Shown in pieces: positions 22,101 through 36,500 of a DNA stretch of 64,000 nt. Both the position numbers and the translations under genes were made by a program. The stretch spans positions 3,844,001 through 3,908,000 of the forward strand of contig OZ059896.1 in NCBI GenBank assembly GCA_964057225.1, read 5' to 3'. The stretch comes from Auanema rhodensis (taxonomy: Eukaryota > Animalia > Nematoda). Each line of letters starts with the position of its first letter. The stretch's first letter is position 1. Below the pieces are notes generated by a model that was given only the letters and a program-made list of their open reading frames with translations, had not been told where the DNA came from and did no database searches.

Positions 22101-24554
22101 CTGATAACACAGATCGACGCAGCTTAAAAATCCGCATCGAATGCACTATACTACATTAAGAAAAGCTTAATACAAAAATTAGTTATGATCGTTTGAAAAA
22201 TGATGCATTAGTGTATGTTGAGTTTCCATGTACACTCAACATTGCTTCCAAAAACATTTTGACAAAAATTTTCCCGAAAAATTTCAAAATAATTTCACAA
22301 CAAGTAGATGTTTTTAGATTCCTTTTTTCAAGACAAAGACGATGGACATTGTTATTCAACAAAAAAATTAATTCTTCACGGTGAAAATCGAGGATATAAG
22401 TGTGAACCTATATCAGTTGATATCTCGGTGCATTTTCAAGCTAGCGCAAATCTGATAACACAGATCGACGCAGCTTAAAAATCCGCATCGAATGCACTAT
22501 ACTACATTAAGAAAAGCTTAATACAAAAATTAGTTATGATCGTTTGAAAAATGATGCATTAGTGTATGTTGAGTTTCCATGTACACTCAACATTGCTTCC
22601 AAAAACATTTTGACAAAAATTTTCCCGAAAAATTTCAAAATAATTTCACAAAAAGTAGATGTTTTTAGATTCCTTTTTTCAAGACAAAGACGATGGACAT
22701 TGTTATTCAACAAAAAAATTAATTCTTCACGGTGAAAATCGAGGATATAAGTGTGAACCTATATCAGTTGATATCTCGGTGCATTTTCAAGCTAGTGCAA
22801 ATCTGATAACACAGATCGACGCAGCTTAAAAATCCGCATCGAATGCACTATACTACATTAAGAAAAGCTTAATACAAAAATTAGTTATGATCGTTTGAAA
22901 AATGATGCATTAGTGTATGTTGAGTTTCCATGTACACTCAACATTGCTTCCAAAAACATTTTGACAAAAATTTTCCCGAAAAATTTCAAAATAATTTCAC
23001 AACAAGTAGATGTTTTTAGATTCCTTTTTTCAAGACAAAGACGATGGACATTGTTATTCAACAAAAAAAATTAATTCTTCAGGGTGAAAATCGAGGATAT
23101 AAGTGTGAACTTATATCAGTTGATATCTCGGTGCATTTTCAAGCTAGCGCAAATCTGATAACACAGATCGACGCAGCTTAAAAATCCGCATCGAATGCAC
23201 TATACTACATTAAGAAAAGCTTAATACAAAAATTAGTTATGATCGTTTGAAAAATGATGCATTAGTGTATGTTGAGTTTCCATGTACACTCAACATTGCT
23301 TCCAAAAACATTTTGACAAAAATTTTCCCGAAAAATTTCAAAATAATTTCACAAAAAGTAGATGTTTTTAGATTCCTTTTTTCAAGACAAAGACGATGGA
23401 CATTGTTATTCAACAAAAAAATTAATTCTTCAGGGTGAAAATCGAGGATATAAGTGTGAACTTATATCAGTTGATATCTCGGTGCATTTTCAAGCTAGCG
23501 CAAATCTGATAACACAGATCGACGCAGCTTAAAAATCCGCATCGAATGCACTATACTACATTAAGAAAAGCTTAATACAAAAATTAGTTATGATCGTTTG
23601 AAAAATGATGCATTAGTGTATGTTGAGTTTCCATGTACACTCAACATTGCTTCCAAAAACATTTTGACAAAAATTTTCCCGAAAAATTTCAAAATAATTT
23701 CACAAAAAGTAGATGTTTTTAGATTCCTTTTTTCAAGACAAAGACGATGGACATTGTTATTCAACAAAAAAATTAATTCTTCAGGGTGAAAATCGAGGAT
23801 ATAAGTGTGAACTTATATCAGTTGATATCTCGGTGCATTTTCAAGCTAGCGCAAATCTGATAACACAGATCGACGCAGCTTAAAAATCCGCATCGAATGC
23901 ACTATACTACATTAAGAAAAGCTTAATACAAAAATTAGTTATGATCGTTTGAAAAATGATGCATTAGTGTATGTTGAGTTTCCATGTACACTCAACATTG
24001 CTTCCAAAAACATTTTGACAAAAATTTTCCCGAAAAATTTCAAAATAATTTCACAAAAAGTAGATGTTTTTAGATTCCTTTTTTCAAGACAAAGACGATG
24101 GACATTGTTATTCAACAAAAAAATTAATTCTTCACGGTGAAAATCGAGGATATAAGTGTGAACCTATATCAGTTGATATCTCGGTGCATTTTCAAGCTAG
24201 CGCAAATCTGATAACACAGATCGACGCAGCTTAAAAATCCGCATCGAATGCACTATACTACATTAAGAAAAGCTTAATACAAAAATTAGTTATGATCGTT
24301 TGAAAAATGATGCATTAGTGTATGTTGAGTTTCCATGTACACTCAACATTGCTTCCAAAAACATTTTGACAAAAATTTTCCCGAAAAATTTCAAAATAAT
24401 TTCACAAAAAGTAGATGTTTTTAGATTCCTTTTTTCAAGACAAAGACGATGGACATTGTTATTCAACAAAAAAATTAATTCTTCAGGGTGAAAATCGAGG
24501 ATATAAGTGTGAACTTATATCAGTTGATATCTCGGTGCATTTTTAAGCTAGCGC
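16130..24554 (+). repeat. 8-mer higher-order repeat of Sat-B (~2808 bp, 3 copies)
   Basis: The cacaacaag variant recurs in units with ORF starts 16577, 19385, 22193 (spacing 2808), each followed two units later by a unit with the same variant plus an A8 tract; the gctagtgc variant follows the same phase. Confidence 0.9.
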
Positions 24555-27500
24555 AAATCTGATAACACAGATCGACGCAGCTTAAAAATCCACATCGAAT
24601 GCACTATACTACATTGGGAAACACTCAATACAAAAATTAGTTATGATCGTTTGAAAAATGATGCATTAGTGTATGTTGAGTTTCCATGTACACTCAACAT
24701 TGCTTCCAAAAACATTTTGACAAAAATTTTCCCGAAAAATTTCAAAATAATTTCACAAAAAGTAGATGTTTTTAGATTCCTTTTTTCAAGACAAAGACGA
24801 TGGACATTGTTATTCAACAAAAAAATTAATTCTTCACGGTGAAAATCGAGGATATAAGCGTGAACCTATATCAGTTGATATCTCGGTGCATTTTCAAGCT
24901 AGCGCAAATCTGATAACACAGATCGACGCAGCTTAAAAATCCGCATCGAATGCACTATACTACATTAAGAAAAGCTTAATACAAAAATTAGTTATGATCG
25001 TTTGAAAAATGATGCATTAGTGTATGTTGAGTTTCCATGTACACTCAACATTGCTTCCAAAAACATTTTGACAAAAATTTTCCCGAAAAATTTCGAAATA
25101 ATTTCACAAAAAGTAGATGTTTTTAGATTCCTTTTTTCAAGACAAAGACGATGGACATTGTTATTCAACAAAAAAATTAATTCTTCACGGTGAAAATCGA
25201 GGATATAAGTGTGAACCTATATCAGTTGATATCTCGGTGCATTTTCAAGCTAGCGCAAATCTGATAACACAGATCGACGCAGCTTAAAAATCCACATCGA
25301 ATGCACTATACTACATTGGGAAAAGCTTAATACAAAAATTAGTTATGATCGTTTGAAAAATGATGCATTAGTGTATGTTGAGTTTCCATGTACACTCAAC
25401 ATTGCTTCCAAAAACATTTTGACAAAAATTTTTTCGAAAAATTTCAAAATAATTTAGCAAAAAGTAGATGTTTTTAGATTCCTTTTTTCAAGACAAAGAC
25501 GATGGACATTGTTATTCAACAAAAAAATTAATTCTTCAGGGTGAAAATCGAGGATATAAGTGTGAACTTATATCAGTTGATATCTCGGTGCATTTTCAAG
25601 CTAGCGCAAATCTGATAACACAGATCGACGCAGCTTAAAAATCCGCATCGAATGCACTATACTACATTAAGAAAAGCTTAATACAAAAATTAGTTATGAT
25701 CGTTTGAAAAATGATGCATTAGTGTATGTTGAGTTTCCATGTACACTCAACATTGCTTCCAAAAACATTTTGACAAAAATTTTCCCGAAAAATTTCAAAA
25801 TAATTTCACAAAAAGTAGATGTTTTTAGATTCCTTTTTTCAAGACAAAGACGATGGACATTGTTATTCAACAAAAAAATTAATTCTTCAGGGTGAAAATC
25901 GAGGATATAAGTGTGAACTTATATCAGTTGATATCTCGGTGCATTTTCAAGCTAGCGCAAATCTGATAACACAGATCGACGCAGCTTAAAAATCCGCATC
26001 GAATGCACTATACTACATTAAGAAAAGCTTAATACAAAAATTAGTTATGATCGTTTGAAAAATGATGCATTAGTGTATGTTGAGTTTCCATGTACACTCA
26101 ACATTGCTTCCAAAAACATTTTGACAAAAATTTTCCCGAAAAATTTCAAAATAATTTCACAAAAAGTAGATGTTTTTAGATTCCTTTTTTCAAGACAAAG
26201 ACGATGGACATTGTTATTCAACAAAAAAATTAATTCTTCACGGTGAAAATCGAGGATATAAGTGTGAACCTATATCAGTTGATATCTCGGTGCATTTTCA
26301 AGCTAGCGCAAATCTGATAACACAGATCGACGCAGCTTAAAAATCCGCATCGAATGCACTATACTACATTAAGAAAAGCTTAATACAAAAATTAGTTATG
26401 ATCGTTTGAAAAATGATGCATTAGTGTATGTTGAGTTTCCATGTACACTCAACATTGCTTCCAAAAACATTTTGACAAAAATTTTCCCGAAAAATTTCAA
26501 AATAATTTCACAAAAAGTAGATGTTTTTAGATTCCTTTTTTCAAGACAAAGACGATGGACATTGTTATTCAACAAAAAAATTAATTCTTCAGGGTGAAAA
26601 TCGAGGATATAAGTGTGAACTTATATCAGTTGATATCTCGGTGCATTTTTAAGCTAGCGCAAATCTGATAACACAGATCGACGCAGCTTAAAAATCCACA
26701 TCGAATGCACTATACTACATTGGGAAACACTCAATACAAAAATTAGTTATGATCGTTTGAAAAATGATGCATTAGTGTATGTTGAGTTTCCATGTACACT
26801 CAACATTGCTTCCAAAAACATTTTGACAAAAATTTTCCCGAAAAATTTCAAAATAATTTCACAAAAAGTAGATGTTTTTAGATTCCTTTTTTCAAGACAA
26901 AGACGATGGACATTGTTATTCAACAAAAAAATTAATTCTTCACGGTGAAAATCGAGGATATAAGCGTGAACCTATATCAGTTGATATCTCGGTGCATTTT
27001 CAAGCTAGCGCAAATCTGATAACACAGATCGACGCAGCTTAAAAATCCGCATCGAATGCACTATACTACATTAAGAAAAGCTTAATACAAAAATTAGTTA
27101 TGATCGTTTGAAAAATGATGCATTAGTGTATGTTGAGTTTCCATGTACACTCAACATTGCTTCCAAAAACATTTTGACAAAAATTTTCCCGAAAAATTTC
27201 GAAATAATTTCACAAAAAGTAGATGTTTTTAGATTCCTTTTTTCAAGACAAAGACGATGGACATTGTTATTCAACAAAAAAATTAATTCTTCACGGTGAA
27301 AATCGAGGATATAAGTGTGAACCTATATCAGTTGATATCTCGGTGCATTTTCAAGCTAGCGCAAATCTGATAACACAGATCGACGCAGCTTAAAAATCCA
27401 CATCGAATGCACTATACTACATTGGGAAACACTCAATACAAAAATTAGTTATGATCGTTTGAAAAATGATGCATTAGTGTATGTTGAGTTTCCATGTACA

Positions 27501-30500
27501 CTCAACATTGCTTCCAAAAACATTTTGACAAAAATTTTCCCGAAAAATTTCGAAATAATTTCACAAAAAGTAGATGTTTTTAGATTCCTTTTTTCAAGAC
27601 AAAGACGATGGACATTGTTATTCAACAAAAAAATTAATTCTTCACGGTGAAAATCGAGGATATAAGTGTGAACCTATATCAGTTGATATCTCGGTGCATT
27701 TTCAAGCTAGCGCAAATCTGATAACACAGATCGACGCAGCTTAAAAATCCACATCGAATGCACTATACTACATTGGGAAACACTCAATACAAAAATTAGT
27801 TATGATCGTTTGAAAAATGATGCATTAGTGTATGTTGAGTTTCCATGTACACTCAACATTGCTTCCAAAAACATTTTGACAAAAATTTTCCCGAAAAATT
27901 TCAAAATAATATCACAAAAAGTAGATGTTTTTAGATTCCTTTTTTCAAGACAAAGACGATGGACATTGTTATTCAACAAAAAAATTAATTCTTCACGGTG
28001 AAAATCGAGGATATAAGTGTGAACCTATATCAGTTGATATCTCGGTGCATTTTCAAGCTAGCGCAAATCTGATAACACAGATCGACGCAGCTTAAAAATC
28101 CGCATCGAATGCACTATACTACATTAAGAAAAGCTTAATACAAAAATTAGTTATGATCGTTTGAAAAATGATGCATTAGTGTATGTTGAGTTTCCATGTA
28201 CACTCAACATTGCTTCCAAAAACATTTTGACAAAAATTTTCCCGAAAAATTTCAAAATAATTTCACAAAAAGTAGATGTTTTTAGATTCCTTTTTTCAAG
28301 ACAAAGACGATGGACATTGTTATTCAACAAAAAAATTAATTCTTCAGGGTGAAAATCGAGGATATAAGTGTGAACTTATATCAGTTGATATCTCGGTGCA
28401 TTTTTAAGCTAGCGCAAATCTGATAACACAGATCGACGCAGCTTAAAAATCCGCATCGAATGCACTATACTACATTAAGAAAAGCTTAATACAAAAATTA
28501 GTTATGATTGTTTGAAAAATGATGCATTAGTGTATGTTGAGTTTCCATGTACACTCAACATTGCTTCCAAAAACATTTTGACAAAAATTTTCCCAAAAAA
28601 TTTCAAAATAATTTCACAAAAAGTAGATGTTTTTAGATTCCTTTTTTCAAGACAAAGACGATGGACATTGTTATTCAACAAAAAAATTAATTCTTCACGG
28701 TGAAAATCGAGGATATAAGTGTGAACCTATATCAGTTGATATCTCGGTGCATTTTCAAGCTAGCGCAAATCTGATAACACAGATCGACGCAGCTTAAAAA
28801 TCCGCATCGAATGCACTATACTACATTAAGAAAAGCTTAATACAAAAATTAGTTATGATCGTTTGAAAAATGATGCATTAGTGTATGTTGAGTTTCCATG
28901 TACACTCAACATTGCTTCCAAAAACATTTTGACAAAAATTTTCCCGAAAAATTTCAAAATAATTTCACAAAAAGTAGATGTTTTTAGATTCCTTTTTTCA
29001 AGACAAAGACGATGGACATTGTTATTCAACAAAAAAATTAATTCTTCACGGTGAAAATCGAGGATATAAGTGTGAACCTATATCAGTTGATATCTCGGTG
29101 CATTTTCAAGCTAGCGCAAATCTGATAACACAGATCGACGCAGCTTAAAAATCCGCATCGAATGCACTATACTACATTAAGAAAAGCTTAATACAAAAAT
29201 TAGTTATGATCGTTTGAAAAATGATGCATTAGTGTATGTTGAGTTTCCATGTACACTCAACATTGCTTCCAAAAACATTTTGACAAAAATTTTCCCGAAA
29301 AATTTCAAAATAATTTCACAAAAAGTAGATGTTTTTAGATTCCTTTTTTCAAGACAAAGACGATGGACATTGTTATTCAACAAAAAAATTAATTCTTCAG
29401 GGTGAAAATCGAGGATATAAGTGTGAACTTATATCAGTTGATATCTCGGTGCATTTTTAAGCTAGCGCAAATCTGATAACACAGATCGACGCAGCTTAAA
29501 AATCCACATCGAATGCACTATACTACATTGGGAAACACTCAATACAAAAATTAGTTATGATCGTTTGAAAAATGATGCATTAGTGTATGTTGAGTTTCCA
29601 TGTACACTCAACATTGCTTCCAAAAACATTTTGACAAAAATTTTCCCGAAAAATTTCAAAATAATTTCACAAAAAGTAGATGTTTTTAGATTCCTTTTTT
29701 CAAGACAAAGACGATGGACATTGTTATTCAACAAAAAAATTAATTCTTCACGGTGAAAATCGAGGATATAAGTGTGAACCTATATCAGTTGATATCTCGG
29801 TGCATTTTCAAGCTAGCGCAAATCTGATAACACAGATCGACGCAGCTTAAAAATCCACATCGAATGCACTATACTACATTGGGAAACACTCAATACAAAA
29901 ATTAGTTATGATCGTTTGAAAAATGATGCATTAGTGTATGTTGAGTTTCCATGTACACTCAACATTGCTTCCAAAAACATTTTGACAAAAATTTTCCCGA
30001 AAAATTTCAAAATAATATCACAAAAAGTAGATGTTTTTAGATTCCTTTTTTCAAGACAAAGACGATGGACATTGTTATTCAACAAAAAAATTAATTCTTC
30101 ACGGTGAAAATCGAGGATATAAGTGTGAACCTATATCAGTTGATATCTCGGTGCATTTTCAAGCTAGCGCAAATCTGATAACACAGATCGACGCAGCTTA
30201 AAAATACGCATCGAATGCACTATACTACATTAAGAAAAGCTTAATACAAAAATTAGTTATGATCGTTTGAAAAATGATGCATTAGTGTATGTTGAGTTTC
30301 CATGTACACTCAACATTGCTTCCAAAAACATTTTGACAAAAATTTTCCCGAAAAATTTCAAAATAATTTCACAAAAAGTAGATGTTTTTAGATTCCTTTT
30401 TTCAAGACAAAGACGATGGACATTGTTATTCAACAAAAAAATTAATTCTTCAGGGTGAAAATCGAGGATATAAGTGTGAACTTATATCAGTTGATATCTC

Positions 30501-33500
30501 GGTGCATTTTTAAGCTAGCGCAAATCTGATAACACAGATCGACGCAGCTTAAAAATCCACATCGAATGCACTATACTACATTGGGAAACACTCAATACAA
30601 AAATTAGTTATGATCGTTTGAAAAATGATGCATTAGTGTATGTTGAGTTTCCATGTACACTCAACATTGCTTCCAAAAACATTTTGACAAAAATTTTCCC
30701 GAAAAATTTCAAAATAATTTCACAAAAAGTAGATGTTTTTAGATTCCTTTTTTCAAGACAAAGACGATGGACATTGTTATTCAACAAAAAAATTAATTCT
30801 TCACGGTGAAAATCGAGGATATAAGTGTGAACCTATATCAGTTGATATCTCGGTGCATTTTCAAGCTAGCGCAAATCTGATAACACAGATCGACGCAGCT
30901 TAAAAATCCGCATCGAATGCACTATACTACATTAAGAAAAGCTTAATACAAAAATTAGTTATGATCGTTTGAAAAATGATGCATTAGTGTATGTTGAGTT
31001 TCCATGTACACTCAACATTGCTTCCAAAAACATTTTGACAAAAATTTTCCCGAAAAATTTCGAAATAATTTCACAAAAAGTAGATGTTTTTAGATTCCTT
31101 TTTTCAAGACAAAGACGATGGACATTGTTATTCAACAAAAAAATTAATTCTTCACGGTGAAAATCGAGGATATAAGTGTGAACCTATATCAGTTGATATC
31201 TCGGTGCATTTTCAAGCTAGCGCAAATCTGATAACACAGATCGACGCAGCTTAAAAATCCACATCGAATGCACTATACTACATTGGGAAACACTCAATAC
31301 AAAAATTAGTTATGATCGTTTGAAAAATGATGCATTAGTGTATGTTGAGTTTCCATGTACACTCAACATTGCTTCCAAAAACATTTTGACAAAAATTTTC
31401 CCGAAAAATTTCAAAATAATATCACAAAAAGTAGATGTTTTTAGATTCCTTTTTTCAAGACAAAGACGATGGACATTGTTATTCAACAAAAAAATTAATT
31501 CTTCACGGTGAAAATCGAGGATATAAGTGTGAACCTATATCAGTTGATATCTCGGTGCATTTTCAAGCTAGCGCAAATCTGATAACACAGATCGACGCAG
31601 CTTAAAAATACGCATCGAATGCACTATACTACATTAAGAAAAGCTTAATACAAAAATTAGTTATGATCGTTTGAAAAATGATGCATTAGTGTATGTTGAG
31701 TTTCCATGTACACTCAACATTGCTTCCAAAAACATTTTGACAAAAATTTTCCCGAAAAATTTCAAAATAATTTCACAAAAAGTAGATGTTTTTAGATTCC
31801 TTTTTTCAAGACAAAGACGATGGACATTGTTATTCAACAAAAAAATTAATTCTTCAGGGTGAAAATCGAGGATATAAGTGTGAACTTATATCAGTTGATA
31901 TCTCGGTGCATTTTTAAGCTAGCGCAAATCTGATAACACAGATCGACGCAGCTTAAAAATCCACATCGAATGCACTATACTACATTGGGAAACACTCAAT
32001 ACAAAAATTAGTTATGATCGTTTGAAAAATGATGCATTAGTGTATGTTGAGTTTCCATGTACACTCAACATTGCTTCCAAAAACATTTTGACAAAAATTT
32101 TCCCAAAAAATTTCAAAATAATTTCACAAAAAGTAGATGTTTTTAGATTCCTTTTTTCAAGACAAAGACGATGGACATTGTTATTCAACAAAAAAATTAA
32201 TTCTTCACGGTGAAAATCGAGGATATAAGTGTGAACCTATATCAGTTGATATCTCGGTGCATTTTCAAGCTAGCGCAAATCTGATAACACAGATCGACGC
32301 AGCTTAAAAATCCGCATCGAATGCACTATACTACATTAAGAAAAGCTTAATACAAAAATTAGTTATGATCGTTTGAAAAATGATGCATTAGTGTATGTTG
32401 AGTTTCCATGTACACTCAACATTGCTTCCAAAAACATTTTGACAAAAATTTTCCCGAAAAATTTCAAAATAATTTCACAAAAAGTAGATGTTTTTAGATT
32501 CCTTTTTTCAAGACAAAGACGATGGACATTGTTATTCAACAAAAAATTAATTCTTCAGGGTGAAAATCGAGGATATAAGTGTGAACTTATATCAGTTGAT
32601 ATCTCGGTGCATTTTTAAGCTAGCGCAAATCTGATAACACAGATCGACGCAGCTTAAAAATCCGCATCGAATGCACTATACTACATTAAGAAAAGCTTAA
32701 TACAAAAATTAGTTATGATCGTTTGAAAAATGATGCATTAGTGTATGTTGAGTTTCCATGTACACTCAACATTGCTTCCAAAAACATTTTGACAAAAATT
32801 TTCCCGAAAAATTTCAAAATAATTTCACAAAAAGTAGATGTTTTTAGATTCCTTTTTTCAAGACAAAGACGATGGACATTGTTATTCAACAAAAAATTAA
32901 TTCTTCAGGGTGAAAATCGAGGATATAAGTGTGAACTTATATCAGTTGATATCTCGGTGCATTTTTAAGCTAGCGCAAATCTGATAACACAGATCGACGC
33001 AGCTTAAAAATCCACATCGAATGCACTATACTACATTGGGAAACACTCAATACAAAAATTAGTTATGATCGTTTGAAAAATGATGCATTAGTGTATGTTG
33101 AGTTTCCATGTACACTCAACATTGCTTCCAAAAACATTTTGACAAAAAGTTTCCCGAAAAATTTCAAAATAATTTCACAAAAAGTAGATGTTTTTAGATT
33201 CCTTTTTTCAAGACAAAGACGATGGACATTGTTATTCAACGAAAAAATTAATTCTTCAGGGTGAAAATCGAGGATATAAGTGTGAACTTATATCAGTTGA
33301 TATCTCGGTGCATTTTTAAGCTAGCGCAAATCTGATAACACAGATCGACGCAGCTTAAAAATCCGCATCGAATGCACTATACTACATTGAGAAAAGCTTA
33401 ATACAAAAATTAGTTATGATCGTTTGAAAAATGATGCATTAGTGTATGTTGAGTTTCCATGTACACTCAACATTGCTTCCAAAAACATTTTGACAAAAAT

Positions 33501-36500
33501 TTTCCCGAAAAATTTCAAAATAATTTCACAAAAAGTAGATGTTTTTAGATTCCTTTTTTCAAGACAAAGACGATGGACATTGTTATTCAACAAAAAAATT
33601 AATTCTTCACGGTGAAAATCGAGGATATAAGTGTGAACCTATATCAGTTGATATCTCGGTGCATTTTCAAGCTAGCGCAAATCTGATAACACAGATCGAC
33701 GCAGCTTAAAAATCCGCATCGAATGCACTATATTACATTAAGAAAAGCTTAATACAAAAATTAGTTATGATCGTTTGAAAAATGATGCATTAGTGTATGT
33801 TGAGTTTCCATGTACACTCAACATTGCTTCCAAAAACATTTTGACAAAAATTTTCCCGAAAAATTTCAAAATAATTTCACAAAAAGTAGATGTTTTTAGA
33901 TTCCTTTTTTCAAGACAAAGACGATGGACATTGTTATTCAACAAAAAAATTAATTCTTCAGGGTGAAAATCGAGGATATAAGTGTGAACTTATATCAGTT
34001 GATATCTCGGTGCATTTTTAAGCTAGCGCAAATCTGATAACACAGATCGACGCAGCTTAAAAATCCGCATCGAATGCACTATACTACATTAAGAAAAGCT
34101 TAATACAAAAATTAGTTATGATCGTTTGAAAAATGATGCATTAGTGTATGTTGAGTTTCCATGTACACTCAACATTGCTTCCAAAAACATTTTGACAAAA
34201 ATTTTCCCGAAAAATTTCAAAATAATTTCACAAAAAGTAGATGTTTTTAGATTCCTTTTTTCAAGACAAAGACGATGGACATTGTTATTCAACAAAAAAT
34301 TAATTCTTCAGGGTGAAAATCGAGGATATAAGTGTGAACTTATATCAGTTGATATCTCGGTGCATTTTTAAGCTAGCGCAAATCTGATAACACAGATCGA
34401 CGCAGCTTAAAAATCCACATCGAATGCACTATACTACATTGGGAAACACTCAATACAAAAATTAGTTATGATCGTTTGAAAAATGATGCATTAGTGTATG
34501 TTGAGTTTCCATGTACACTCAACATTGCTTCCAAAAACATTTTGACAAAAAGTTTCCCGAAAAATTTCAAAATAATTTCACAAAAAGTAGATGTTTTTAG
34601 ATTCCTTTTTTCAAGACAAAGACGATGGACATTGTTATTCAACGAAAAAATTAATTCTTCAGGGTGAAAATCGAGGATATAAGTGTGAACTTATATCAGT
34701 TGATATCTCGGTGCATTTTTAAGCTAGCGCAAATCTGATAACACAGATCGACGCAGCTTAAAAATCCGCATCGAATGCACTATACTACATTGAGAAAAGC
34801 TTAATACAAAAATTAGTTATGATCGTTTGAAAAATGATGCATTAGTGTATGTTGAGTTTCCATGTACACTCAAAATTGCTTCCAAAAACATTTTGACAAA
34901 AATTTTCCCGAAAAATTTCAAAATAATTTCACAAAAAGTAGATGTTTTTAGATTCCTTTTTTCAAGACAAAGACGATGGACATTGTTATTCAACAAAAAA
35001 ATTAATTCTTCACGGTGAAAATCGAGGATATAAGTGTGAACCTATATCAGTTGATATCTCGGTGCATTTTCAAGCTAGCGCAAATCTGATAACACAGATC
35101 GACGCAGCTTAAAAATCCGCATCGAATGCACTATATTACATTAAGAAAAGCTTAATACAAAAATTAGTTATGATCGTTTGAAAAATGATGCATTAGTGTA
35201 TGTTGAGTTTCCATGTACACTCAACATTGCTTCCAAAAACATTTTGACAAAAATTTTCCCGAAAAATTTCAAAATAATTTCACAAAAAGTAGATGTTTTT
35301 AGATTCCTTTTTTCAAGACAAAGACGATGGACATTGTTATTCAACAAAAAAATTAATTCTTCAGGGTGAAAATCGAGGATATAAGTGTGAACTTATATCA
35401 GTTGATATCTCGGTGCATTTTTAAGCTAGCGCAAATCTGATAACACAGATCGACGCAGCTTAAAAATCCGCATCGAATGCACTATACTACATTAAGAAAA
35501 GCTTAATACAAAAATTAGTTATGATCGTTTGAAAAATGATGCATTAGTGTATGTTGAGTTTCCATGTACACTCAACATTGCTTCCAAAAACATTTTGACA
35601 AAAATTTTCCCGAAAAATTTCAAAATAATTTCACAAAAAGTAGATGTTTTTAGATTTCTTTTTTCAAGACAAAGACGATGGACATTGTTATTCAACAAAA
35701 AAATTAATTCTTCAGGGTGAAAATCGAGGATATAAGTGTGAACTTATATCAGTTGATATCTCGGTGCATTTTTAAGCTAGCGCAAATCTGATAACACAGA
35801 TCGACGCAGCTTAAAAATCCACATCGAATGCACTATACTACATTGGGAAACACTCAATACAAAAATTAGTTATGATCGTTTGAAAAATGATGCATTAGTG
35901 TATGTTGAGTTTCCATGTACACTCAACATTGCTTCCAAAAACATTTTGACAAAAATTTTCCCGAAAAATTTCAAAATAATTTCACAAAAAGTAGATGTTT
36001 TTAGATTCCTTTTTTCAAGACAAAGACGATGGACATTGTTATTCAACAAAAAAATTAATTCTTCACGGTGAAAATCGAGGATATAAGTGTGAACCTATAT
36101 CAGTTGATATCTCGGTGCATTTTCAAGCTAGCGCAAATCTGATAACACAGATCGACGCAGCTTAAAAATCCGCATCGAATGCACTATACTACATTAAGAA
36201 AAGCTTAATACAAAAATTAGTTATGATCGTTTGAAAAATGATGCATTAGTGTATGTTGAGTTTCCATGTACACTCAACATTGCTTCCAAAAACATTTTGA
36301 CAAAAATTTTCCCGAAAAATTTCAAAATAATTTCACAAAAAGTAGATGTTTTTAGATTCCTTTTTTCAAGACAAAGACGATGGACATTGTTATTCAACAA
36401 AAAAATTAATTCTTCAGGGTGAAAATCGAGGATATAAGTGTGAACTTATATCAGTTGATATCTCGGTGCATTTTTAAGCTAGCGCAAATCTGATAACACA

